A stretch of 64,000 bases of DNA, from NCBI GenBank assembly GCA_009103225.1, contig RHPI01003599.1:357859-421858 (forward strand), given 5' to 3'. Under the pieces are notes generated by a model. That model was not told the DNA's origin. It did not search any database and saw nothing but the letters and a program-made list of their open reading frames with translations. Positions 39,552 to 48,719 of this stretch are shown piece after piece. The position numbers were made by a program, and so were the translations under genes. This DNA is from Chlorokybus atmophyticus (lineage: Eukaryota > Plantae > Mesostigma and Chlorokybus algae). Each line of letters opens with the position of its first letter. The stretch's first letter is position 1.

Positions 39552-39692
39552 TTAAGAACATGAACCAGTGGTTGCTGGGTTGTTTCTTACAACATTGCAA
39601 AAGTGTCTTTGCGAGCAGCCCTTTCCGCGCAAAGCATCATATACGACATGTTGATGCTCTCTTGATTTTGCAAGTGTCAAACCCTCAAGCAC
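39552..39692 (-). pseudogene. Inverted copy of PGM-like gene: 3' part of exon 4 and start of intron 4
   Basis: VLEGLTLAKSREHQHVVYDALRGKG versus VLEGLTLVESRERQPDAYNALRGKG (20235-20355). The match runs through the GTAAG donor into the intron; about 70% nt identity by eye. Confidence 0.85.
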
Positions 39693-39707
39693 GGTATTTT
39701 TCTGTTT

Positions 39708-40754
39708 ATGGACGCTACCATGGATGATGCACGTGTTGTGGAGCTTCAGCAAGTGCTGGTAGCTGCTCATGAGGAGCTGCAACGTGTCCAAGCATCTGCC
39801 CAAGCTCAAGTGGCACAATTTCAACAAGCCATGGCGCAAGCGCGCGCGTCCACGCCCGTTACAGCTCCTGTGGCTGCCCCATCAGCCTCTCGTCATGTGA
39901 AGCCACCAAAACCAAAGCCATTCAAGGGTCAGAGGGACGGTGACTGTGTGGAGGAATGGGTGTTTGCCGTTTCGACATGGTTAAAGCTCACCGAGGTACC
40001 TATACATCTCCGTGTCGATGTGGCTGCTACTTTCTTTGAAGGAGCTGCACTTGTGTGGTGGAGTCATCGTTGTGCTCGTGTGGAAGCTGGTCTTGAGGTT
40101 CCTTTCACTACCGTGGCTGAGCTGGCTGCTGAGGTGAAGAAACAGTTCGTACCAGTGGAGAGTGTGAAGACGGCACGCGACCAGCTCTCTACGCTTGTGC
40201 AAACGCAGTCCGTGATGGCCTATACCTCTGCGTTTCAGCGTCTTGTGCTCTCTGTACCGAACATGACTGAGGAGGAGCAGCTGGACCGCTACACGCGCGG
40301 GTTGAAGACTCTTTGTCGCAAGGAAGTTGAGCTTCGTGACGCCAAGACTCTCGCGGAGGCCATTCGCATTGCTGAGCGCACGGACGTGTTGTACTTCAAG
40401 GGGGCTGCCAAAAACACTGACCGTGGACATTACAATCACTTTGGTGGAGGTTCGTATCGCTCATACGCATCTGTTGGGGCTGGTTCGGGAGCTGCAGCAG
40501 CTCAGGGGGCTGGCTTTGGACCAACTCCAATGGAATTGGGTGCGCTCCATGTTGCTATGAAGGCCCCAAAGGGTCGGGAGGCTGCCAAGGCTGTTCGGAA
40601 GTGCTGGGAGTGCTCTTCTGCTGATCACGTGCGCTCCAACTGCCCTATCTATAAGGCAAAGTCTGCTGCACATGCCCGCAACGCTCGCAGCGGTGGACGC
40701 GTGAACATGGTGGAGGAGGAGATGTTGCAGCCGGGAAACGGCTCACCTCAGTAG
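39708..40754 (+). CDS. gag: Chromovirus Gag (retrotransposon gag domain plus CCHC knuckle)
   Basis: KPPKPKPFKG...VEEWVF, F.EGAALVWW, YTRGLK, GPTPMEL and CWECSSADHVRSNC. Confidence 0.92.
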   Translation: MDATMDDARVVELQQVLVAAHEELQRVQASAQAQVAQFQQAMAQARASTPVTAPVAAPSASRHVKPPKPKPFKGQRDGDCVEEWVFAVSTWLKLTEVPIHLRVDVAATFFEGAALVWWSHRCARVEAGLEVPFTTVAELAAEVKKQFVPVESVKTARDQLSTLVQTQSVMAYTSAFQRLVLSVPNMTEEEQLDRYTRGLKTLCRKEVELRDAKTLAEAIRIAERTDVLYFKGAAKNTDRGHYNHFGGGSYRSYASVGAGSGAAAAQGAGFGPTPMELGALHVAMKAPKGREAAKAVRKCWECSSADHVRSNCPIYKAKSAAHARNARSGGRVNMVEEEMLQPGNGSPQ

Positions 40755-43700
40755 CTGGAGAGGCTCCTGCTGAGGTGGTGATGCAGCCTCACTATGATGT
40801 TGAATGTCCAGCGGCTGGCGTGGAAGCGTTGTTGACGGTTGGCGGCATGTGCGCAACGGCAACGCAAAGCGGTATGGTTCGAGTGCCCGACAAGGCGAGG
40901 CAGCTGTTGGGAGTCATGGCTCTGATCCGTGAGGGCAATGGGCCATGGATGGAGTGCAAGATGCTGGTGGATTGCGGCGCGAACAGCAATTTCATGAGTC
41001 GTGAGGTTGCGCGTCGGCACAAGTGGTTGTCATGGGCAAATGCCGGCTCGGTGGCTCTAGCGGACGGCTATGCGCCAGCAGGAGGAGCTTCCAAGCAAAG
41101 CAAAGAGCTTGAAATGCACGTGGGGATGATGAAGGATCGCCTACGGTTTTGCTGCATCGAGCTGAACAACGGCTTTGATGGCATTTTGGGGCTGCCTTGG
41201 CTTTGGTCACATAACCCCGCCATTGATTGGAGGAAGCGGGTGCTCACTACCCCGGAAGCTGGTGGTGAGGTTTTGATGTGCTTCAATGCTTCAATGCAAG
41301 GCGCGTGTGTGGTTCAAGAGCGTGTGAGCTGCGTCGAGGCTGCTAGCAATGTGCTGCATGCGCGTGACGCGCACGACACGACGGCGCGCCAGCAAGCTGC
41401 ACCACAACATGCTTCTAGCTCAAGGGGAGGGGTTCCAGAGCTGGTGTCACAAGTTTCTAAGACCAAGATGGAGCAGATCTGGTCCGGGAACAATGTGAAG
41501 GATGCATGGCTGTGCATGGTGCGTGAGACACCTCCCAAGTCGGACTTGGAGCTGGTCGGCACTGGTTCGGAGAGTTCGAAGGACCCCGAGGTGCAGAGGT
41601 TGCTTGAAGAGTTCAAAGACGTCATGGTGGATGGGCTACCAGCTGGTCTGCCACCCACGCGAAGTGTTGATCACCGTGTGGAACTGATAGAGGGCGTGCA
41701 CAAGCCGCCGTACCAACCGGTGTACAAGTTGTCTCCAGCTGAACTCGAAGAGGCGAGGAGCCAAGTCGAGGACGTTCTACAACGTGGGTACATCAGGCAC
41801 AGCAAGTCTCCTTACAGTGCACCTATCCTATTTGTACGTAAGAAGAGCGGAGCCTTGCGCATGTGCATCAACTATCGGCCACTCAACAACATCACCAAGA
41901 AGAATGTGTTCCCTTTGCCACGCATTGATGAGTTGTTGGAGCAGCTCGAGGGTGCTGAGTTCTTCTCAAGCTTGGACCTAGCTGGTGGCTACCATCAGAT
42001 CCGTGTTGCGCCCGAAGACGTTGAGAAGACGGCTTTCAACACTCGCTATGGCCACTATGAGTGGTTGGTGATGTCCTTTGGCATGACAAATGCTCCGGCA
42101 ACCTTTCAAACCTTGATGAATGAGGTCTTTGCTGATCTGATTGGCAAGGGCGTGCTAGTGTACCTCGACGACATCCTTGTGTACACAAAGAGCAAGAGAG
42201 AGCACGTGGCATTGCTACACGAGGTGATGCAGCGTTTACGTACACACAAGTTGTTTGCTCAGCTCAACAAGTGCCGCTTCTTGCTTGAAGAGGTAGAATA
42301 CCTTGGCCACATTGTATCCAAGCAAGGAATCAAGGCAGATCCAAGCAAGCTTGCCGCGGTGCGCGATTGGGCTGCCCCGAAGGACGTGAAGGGTGTCATG
42401 TCGTTCCTAGGGCTTGCCGGCTACTATCGTAAGTTTGTAAAGGGCTTTTCGCACTTGGCGGCACCATTGACGGCATTGTTGAGGAAGGGGGTGGCTTGGA
42501 GCTGGTCGGAGGCTGCAACAAAGGCATTTTCCGACTTGAAAGAGGCCCTGACATCGGCTCCCGTGCTGCTGCATCCCAACATGCAATTGCCCTTTGTGGT
42601 GGCGTGTGATGCGTCCGACAAGGCTATTGGGGCTGTTTTGCAGCAGGATCACGGCAACGGCTTGCAACCGGTGGCCTATTTCAGCAAGAAGATGAGCGGG
42701 GCTGAGCTCAACTACCCCGTTCATGAGAAGGAATTGCTGGCGCAGGTGCTAGCGCTACGGCAATGGCGTTGTTTCCTTGAAGGCAAGCGGTTCACACTTG
42801 AGACGGACCACTCGCCATTAAGGTACCTTCAAACGCAGCCTCACCTCTCACGGCGGCAAGCTCGTTGGCTCGAGTTCTTCCAACTCTTCGACTTTGAAGT
42901 GAAGTACAAGCCGGGCTCTTCAAATAAGGTTGCGGACGCATTAAGCCGTCAACTCAACGCGCTTGAAACGGTGGTGCAAGTGCAGCCCAAGTGGCTTGAC
43001 CAGATCCGTGCCTTATTGCATGAGGACGCGGTGGGGGAGAAGACCATTGAGGCGTTGGAGAATGGGACTGAACATAGCGGCCTTTGGGCATTGAAGGACG
43101 GGCTGCTATGGCATGGCGATCGCATGTACATACCCAACATTGCGCACATGCGCGTGGCATTGATGAAGGAAGCGCATGATGTGCCAATGGCTGGTCATCA
43201 AGGGCTGGAACGGACACTAGCCTTGTTGAAACAGAAATTTTTCTGGTCGGAGATGCATCGTGACGTTAAGGACTATGTGGCATTGTGCGACACTTGTCAA
43301 AGGGTGAAGGCGAGCAATCAACGCGCCAGTGGGCTGCTCCAACCATTGCCGATACCTTTGACGAAGTGGGAGCAAGTTACTCTTGACTTCATCACGGGGC
43401 TGCCACGGACACGTGAAGGGCATGATGCTATCTTGGTGTTTGTGGACAAGACTAGCAAAATGGTGCGATTGGCGCCATGTACGGAGACTTGCACAGCTCC
43501 CGAGGCTGCCAAGTTGTTCATCAAGCATGTGGTGCGCTCTCATGGCCTTCCAAGAAGCATTATCAGTGATAGAGACCCGCGGTTTACTGGCAACTTTTGG
43601 AGAGCTCTCCACGCAACTCTAGGCACGAGCTTGAAGTTCAGCACCGCGTACCACCCTGAAACGGACGGCCAAACGGAGCGCGCCAACCGCGTCATCGAAG

Positions 43701-44461
43701 ACATGCTACGGTGCTATGTGAACAGCCGCCAAGACAATTGGGGAGACATGCTGGAGCTGATTGAGTTCACCATTAACAACCACAAGAGTGCAAGCACGGG
43801 CGTGACACCTTTCCTTATGAACTATGGGCAACATCCATTGACGCCATTGACGGCGTGGGTGCCTAGCATGCAAAGTTCAGATGTGGAGGCCGTGGACGGC
43901 TTTCTTGAAAGGTGTGCCGACATTACCAAGGCAGCTCGAGAGGCTCTGCTTGTGGCGCAAAACCGGCAAAAGCAATACGCCGATGCGCGTCGCAAGGATG
44001 TTGTGTTCGAGGAGGGTGACCTTGTAATGCTTTCAACCAAGCATGTGCAGCTGGTCACGGGGGTGCGCAAGCTGAGTGAGCGATGGTTTGGGCCCTTTAA
44101 AGTGATCAAGGTCATCTCGAAGGTGGCCTACAAGCTGGAGCTGCCCAATACCATGCATGTGCACCCTGTTTTTCATGTCTCGCTTCTTAAAGGTTATCGA
44201 GGGGAGCCACCAGCTCGTCCGCCTCCAGATGTGGTTCGTGAAGGTGAGGCTGAGTGGGAAGTGGAAGCAATTGTCACGGACAAGCTGATCCGAGGCGTGC
44301 GCAAGTATTTGGTGAAGTGGCGTGGCTATCCAATGCACGAGGCGACATACGAGCCCGAGGAGAGCTTTACCAATGCCAAACAGGTCTTGCAAGACTACAA
44401 GGCCAGAGGAGGCAGTCGTCAGCTTCGAGGACGAAGCTCCCCCGGGGGGGAAGGGGTGTAA
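40733..44461 (+). CDS. pol: Chromovirus Pol (PR, RT, RNase H, integrase, chromodomain) in the -1 frame relative to gag
   Basis: LVDCGA (PR), YLDD (RT), CDASD (RH), H-H-C-C zinc finger, DFITGLP, YHPETDGQTER, GPF and YLVKWRGY (chromodomain). There is no stop over 1228 aa, and the frame is open back through the GGGAAAC heptamer. Confidence 0.95.
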   Translation, partial: GKRLTSVAGEAPAEVVMQPHYDVECPAAGVEALLTVGGMCATATQSGMVRVPDKARQLLGVMALIREGNGPWMECKMLVDCGANSNFMSREVARRHKWLSWANAGSVALADGYAPAGGASKQSKELEMHVGMMKDRLRFCCIELNNGFDGILGLPWLWSHNPAIDWRKRVLTTPEAGGEVLMCFNASMQGACVVQERVSCVEAASNVLHARDAHDTTARQQAAPQHASSSRGGVPELVSQVSKTKMEQIWSGNNVKDAWLCMVRETPPKSDLELVGTGSESSKDPEVQRLLEEFKDVMVDGLPAGLPPTRSVDHRVELIEGVHKPPYQPVYKLSPAELEEARSQVEDVLQRGYIRHSKSPYSAPILFVRKKSGALRMCINYRPLNNITKKNVFPLPRIDELLEQLEGAEFFSSLDLAGGYHQIRVAPEDVEKTAFNTRYGHYEWLVMSFGMTNAPATFQTLMNEVFADLIGKGVLVYLDDILVYTKSKREHVALLHEVMQRLRTHKLFAQLNKCRFLLEEVEYLGHIVSKQGIKADPSKLAAVRDWAAPKDVKGVMSFLGLAGYYRKFVKGFSHLAAPLTALLRKGVAWSWSEAATKAFSDLKEALTSAPVLLHPNMQLPFVVACDASDKAIGAVLQQDHGNGLQPVAYFSKKMSGAELNYPVHEKELLAQVLALRQWRCFLEGKRFTLETDHSPLRYLQTQPHLSRRQARWLEFFQLFDFEVKYKPGSSNKVADALSRQLNALETVVQVQPKWLDQIRALLHEDAVGEKTIEALENGTEHSGLWALKDGLLWHGDRMYIPNIAHMRVALMKEAHDVPMAGHQGLERTLALLKQKFFWSEMHRDVKDYVALCDTCQRVKASNQRASGLLQPLPIPLTKWEQVTLDFITGLPRTREGHDAILVFVDKTSKMVRLAPCTETCTAPEAAKLFIKHVVRSHGLPRSIISDRDPRFTGNFWRALHATLGTSLKFSTAYHPETDGQTERANRVIEDMLRCYVNSRQDNWGDMLELIEFTINNHKSASTGVTPFLMNYGQHPLTPLTAWVPSMQSSDVEAVDGFLERCADITKAAREALLVAQNRQKQYADARRKDVVFEEGDLVMLSTKHVQLVTGVRKLSERWFGPFKVIKVISKVAYKLELPNTMHVHPVFHVSLLKGYRGEPPARPPPDVVREGEAEWEVEAIVTDKLIRGVRKYLVKWRGYPMHEATYEPEESFTNAKQVLQDYKARGGSRQLRGRSSPGGEGV

Positions 44462-45096
44462 CAGCCTGGGGCATTTTTTGTATTTTATTGTACATAAAGT
44501 ACTTATTTTGCCTTTTTTGCTGGCTTGATGAGGGCTTTTATGAGCTTTATTAAGCCCATGTGGCGCCTGCCCCTGCTGCCGCGCGCGACTCGCCTGCGAC
44601 CTGCTCGACAGCAGCTAATTCGGCGACGTGACCCACCTGCCACGCGGTTGTGACACAGCCGCTGACTGGACACGCGCTGTGCAGTGCCAGGTGACGCGGA
44701 CTGCACAGTCACAGCCGCCGAAGGCCCAACGCGCGTGGCGGGGAGCCTGCACTTGGACCTGCCTTTAAATTTGGTAGTGAATAATGAAATGCCTGTTAAT
44801 TAGGCTATTTCTTCCTAGTGCTTGTATAAATAGAAAAACCCTGTGTAATGCAACCAACTTTGTTTTCTGCTCTCTGCTGTGAGTATGCTGGTGCATGCTT
44901 GAGGGAGTTGTGGTCCAAGGCACACTGCTGCGTTCTTGCTTGGCGTGAGAAGTAGTAGTGTTCGTGTGCGTGGGCGCGCTCGACGCGTGCGTGCGTGCGC
45001 GAGTGAAGGCAAGGTTCCGGTGTGAAGATTGTGCTCAGCTGCACACATGTGTTGTATGACTTGTGTGCTGTGTATGTGAGCACGAGCATCGTTACA
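44457..45096 (+). repeat. Chromovirus 3' LTR (~640 bp)
   Basis: Starts TGTAAC directly after the PPT and ends GTTACA (6-bp inverted termini); Copia coding sequence resumes directly after it. Confidence 0.8.
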
Positions 45097-45126
45097 GTTG
45101 TCTTCACGGCATCGGCTGAGTCTGAG

Positions 45127-45680
45127 TGTAACGCGGGGCTTAGCCGACTAAGCCATGGTAGCAAAAGTCGCTACCATGAGAGGTTGTGTATTGCTTATTA
45201 ATGCTTCATAAGCCCTTCTTAGCCTAATCCACATTAACCGGCATTACATTCAACCCGACTTTAACCGCGATTTTACCTGCACATCTTGGCCCTTTATGAC
45301 CGGCAGGACTTGCTCGTGTCCGGTCATGACCAGCCATTACCGGTCATGCCGCGTAGTTTTCCGCGGCGACTTGCCACGTTGCCGCGCGCAGGAGCGACCC
45401 TGCGCGCCGACTCAATCAGCTTCACCTCACAGCTTATTGTTAACCAATCACACTAACTGCCTTGGATCGTTTCCGACGGTCGCCGAAAATCTACCCACTC
45501 GCGCGCATCTTGCGCCCGGTGGGATTTGATCCCGCGACCTTTGAAGCTCCGATACCAATGTAACGCGCGGCTTAGCCGACTAAGCCATGGTAGTAAAAGT
45601 CGCTACCATGAGAGGTTGTGTATTGCTTATTAATGCTTCATAAGCCCTTCTTAGCCTATTCCACATTAACCGGCATTACA
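45127..45680 (-). mobile_element. Complete TRIM (non-autonomous miniature LTR element)
   Basis: 122-bp LTRs at 45127-45248 and 45559-45680 differ at 3 positions and have TGTAA...TTACA ends. The TSD CTGAG is present on both sides. The iMet-type PBS TGGTATCGGAGC lies at 45557-45546, with a 310-bp non-coding interior. Confidence 0.93.
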
Positions 45681-46440
45681 CTGAGGCTTGTACCAGTGGT
45701 TGGGTATTAGTCTTTGGGTGTACTCAGCACATGCCTCCATGCAAAGACTAGCTGGAAGATTATCAACCTCTGTCAAGACCCATCGTTGTCTCTGATTTGC
45801 GAAAAGGTCTGGCATCGCATGCGATTGGCTTTGACAGAGTCAAATTGAGCTGCGTGGTGGATGGCAACACCAAGCATGAGAAACTATAACGAGTTTTGTA
45901 TGCTCCTGAGGCTGAAGCTAGTCTTTTTTACGTTCGTGCTGCTGCGCGGGATGGGGCTAAGACTACCCTTGAAGAAGAACACGGAGTTGTCATGCGTGGT
46001 GGCGAGACGCTCGTGTTTGCAAGGAACGTGAGAGGATTGTACATGATAGACCTCAGTCCTGGGTCACACTCTGTGTTGCTGGCTGCTCGGAGGGAGAGTG
46101 CTACTTCGTGGCATAGAAGGCTTGGACACCTAGGTTTTGACAACCTGGCTAAGCTGGTCAGGGATGGTCAAAGGTGTGAAGGTGTCAACTGAGGAGTTTG
46201 CAGCACAAAAGACCAAGCTGTGAGCCCTGTGTTCTAGCCAAACAAACTAGAACACCGTCTCTCGAGTCTAACCGTGTCAGCAAAAGACAGCTGAAGTTTG
46301 TCCACATGGATGTCTGTGGACCTGTCTTTGTGCCTGCAAGGGGAGGTTTCAAGTACTTGTGTACCTTCTTGGACGATTTCAGCAGGATGAGCGTAGTGGT
46401 ACCGCTAATCTTAAAGTCAGATGTTGCTGAGATTGCAAAG

Positions 46441-46862
46441 TGTTGAAGGACTAGCATGCACATGTAGCTGAGGCAAGCATGGACACACAGAGACAGAGCT
46501 ACCGCCATCAGAGCATACACAAGTCACATTCATCTATTACAAGTTGTCCGCTGGTTTTTATACCAGCCAGTTACATACACGTCTACACTTGCAAGCACTG
46601 CGTAAGCTATACTCAGCCTTTTAACGCGCTCTAAGCTGCGCTGTCTTTCTTACAACTAGAGCTTTTCAACAAGCTCTTAAACGCCTAATATGAGTAAGTA
46701 TATGCGGAGATATGAAGCAGTTAGTAAGGCTCTAGTCTAGAGTCCGGAATCTGGTCCGACGGTGCCTTCTTGTTAAGTCCGGACCTAGCGCTCGTCCTTA
46801 CGAACTTCTTCTACTCCTGTGTGGAGGGTCGATGCTGATCGTTTGTAGGAATACTCTCAACA
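46441..46862 (-). mobile_element. Solo LTR (422 bp) in the host Copia integrase
   Basis: TGTTGA...TCAACA ends with TSD CAAAG (46436-40, 46863-67). The integrase-like frame resumes after its removal. Orientation is inferred from similarity to the 3' end of the LTRs of the 48720 element. Confidence 0.88.
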
Positions 46863-48719
46863 CAAAGAAGATCCTAACCTTCGTAAAGAACCAGTCTGGG
46901 TTGAAGGTTGCTGCAGTCAGGTTTGACAGGGGAGGCGAGGACCTGAATCACCATTTTAAAAAGCTAGTTTGCTGACAAGGGAGTCAAGCATGAAACCACA
47001 GCACCATATTTGCCTAAACAGAATGGTGCGGCTGAACGTTTGAACAGGACTCTTGTGGAGAAGGCGCGCTCTATGCTGTAAATGCCAAGCTGGGGAAGGA
47101 GTTCTGGTGTGATGCTGTCTTAATCGCAAACTACGTTAGGAACAGATCGCCTATTGAAGCATCTAATTCTAAGAGACCGTGGGAGCTGTTCATTAGAGAT
47201 CAGCCTGCTGTTTTGGCATTGAGGGTGTTTGAAAGCACTGCCTATGTCCATGTGCCCAAGGCAAAGAAGATGGATGCAGTAAGCCGAAAGGGAGTTTTCA
47301 TTGGGTATGAGGCTAACTTCAAGGCTTGGCGCATTCTGATAGACAACAAGGTGGTAGTCAGCAGAGATGTGGTGTTTGCTAAAGGAGGGAATGAAGAACT
47401 GGCTGGAGGGTCTGATTTTTCACCAGAATTTGGTCCCCTTGGGTTTGAGTCTGCACCTAGTTCTGAAGGCGGCAGCAAACCCGGCACCACTGCTGACATC
47501 TCTAAGCAGAAAAGACCCGCCGGGTCTAGCTCCGCCGCCTCTGGGTCTAACCCCGCTAGTCCTGGGTCTAGGACTAAGACTTGTGAGTCTGGGTTTTCTG
47601 TTGGCTCTGGGCATGGATCCTTAAGAAGGGAGCATTGTTGCTGTAATAGGAAGCAAGGGTCGATTTCGCCTGAAGGTCTGCAATAAGGACTGCAAGATCG
47701 CCGGTATCCATGGAGTGAAAGAAAGGAACCAAATAGGCTGCCTCCCTCATACCAGGCACTTGCAGTTTATTTTGAGGAGCCCAAGCTAAGTACCTTCAAG
47801 AAAGCTTTGCGTGGTCCCGATGCGGAGATGTAGCAGCGAGCGATGAACGAGGAGGTTGCGTCGCTGCATGAGAACAACACCTGGGAGCTGGAGAAGGTAC
47901 TAGCTGGTGTTAAACCAATTTCTATCAAGTGGGTTTACTAGCGGAAGCGTAATGGTTTTGAAAACATTGAGCGGTACAAAGCGCGGCTGGTTGCGAAAGG
48001 CTTTCTACAGCAAGTGGGGGTAAACTACAATGAAGTCTTTGCTCCTGCAGGGAAGCTAGTGACTTTTTGGGCTTTGTTGGCTGTAGTTGCTGCACATGAT
48101 TGATCTGAAACTTCACCACTTGGACATCAAAACTGCGTTCTTGTATGGAGAGCTTAAATAGGAGATCTTTTGTCAGCAACCTAAGGGTTTTGAAAATTGA
48201 GGTCCAGAGTTTGCTCGCAAACTGAAGAAGGCCTTGTATGGTCTAAAACAGGCGGTAAGAGTCTGGCACATAGGACTGTGCAAAGAACTTGACAAGTTGG
48301 AGTTTGTGGCATCTACTGCAGATGCTAGGCTGTTCAGGCACAAGACCAAGGAGGTCTGGCTACTGGTCTATGTGGATGACATCATAATTGCTGAATAACA
48401 GCTTGAAGATCTAGAACAGGTTAAGACCAAGCTTGGAGCTGAGTTTGATGTGAGAGATCTTGGAGAGGTTAGGCTATTCTCGAGGATTGTCATTGAGAGG
48501 GACAGAGCTAACAAAATTGTGAAGATCAGTCAACCACCAATGGCTGATGAGCTGGTTGAGAAGTTTGGGCAAGCTGAGGCTAAGCCTAGAACGGTGCCCA
48601 TGGCTGTGGGTCTGCACTTGCAGAAGGCTGCTCTTGGAGCTGAGCCTTTGGACAAGCTGAAGTATCCCTACAACCGCCCGCTTGGAAGTCTGCTGTACTT
48701 GTCTGTGGCATTGAGGCCT

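Larger units (their letters stand above)
39708..45096 (+). mobile_element. Ty3/Gypsy chromovirus, 5'-truncated (no 5' LTR or PBS), ORFs intact
   Basis: Order is gag-PR-RT-RH-INT-chromodomain. PPT GGGGGGGAAGGGG precedes the 3' LTR 44457-45096 (TGTAAC...GTTACA). No second copy of this LTR was found upstream. Confidence 0.92.

Noticed and set aside
45511-45542. tRNA gene
   Set aside because: Only a 3'-half-like segment is present, with no D-arm or anticodon arm.
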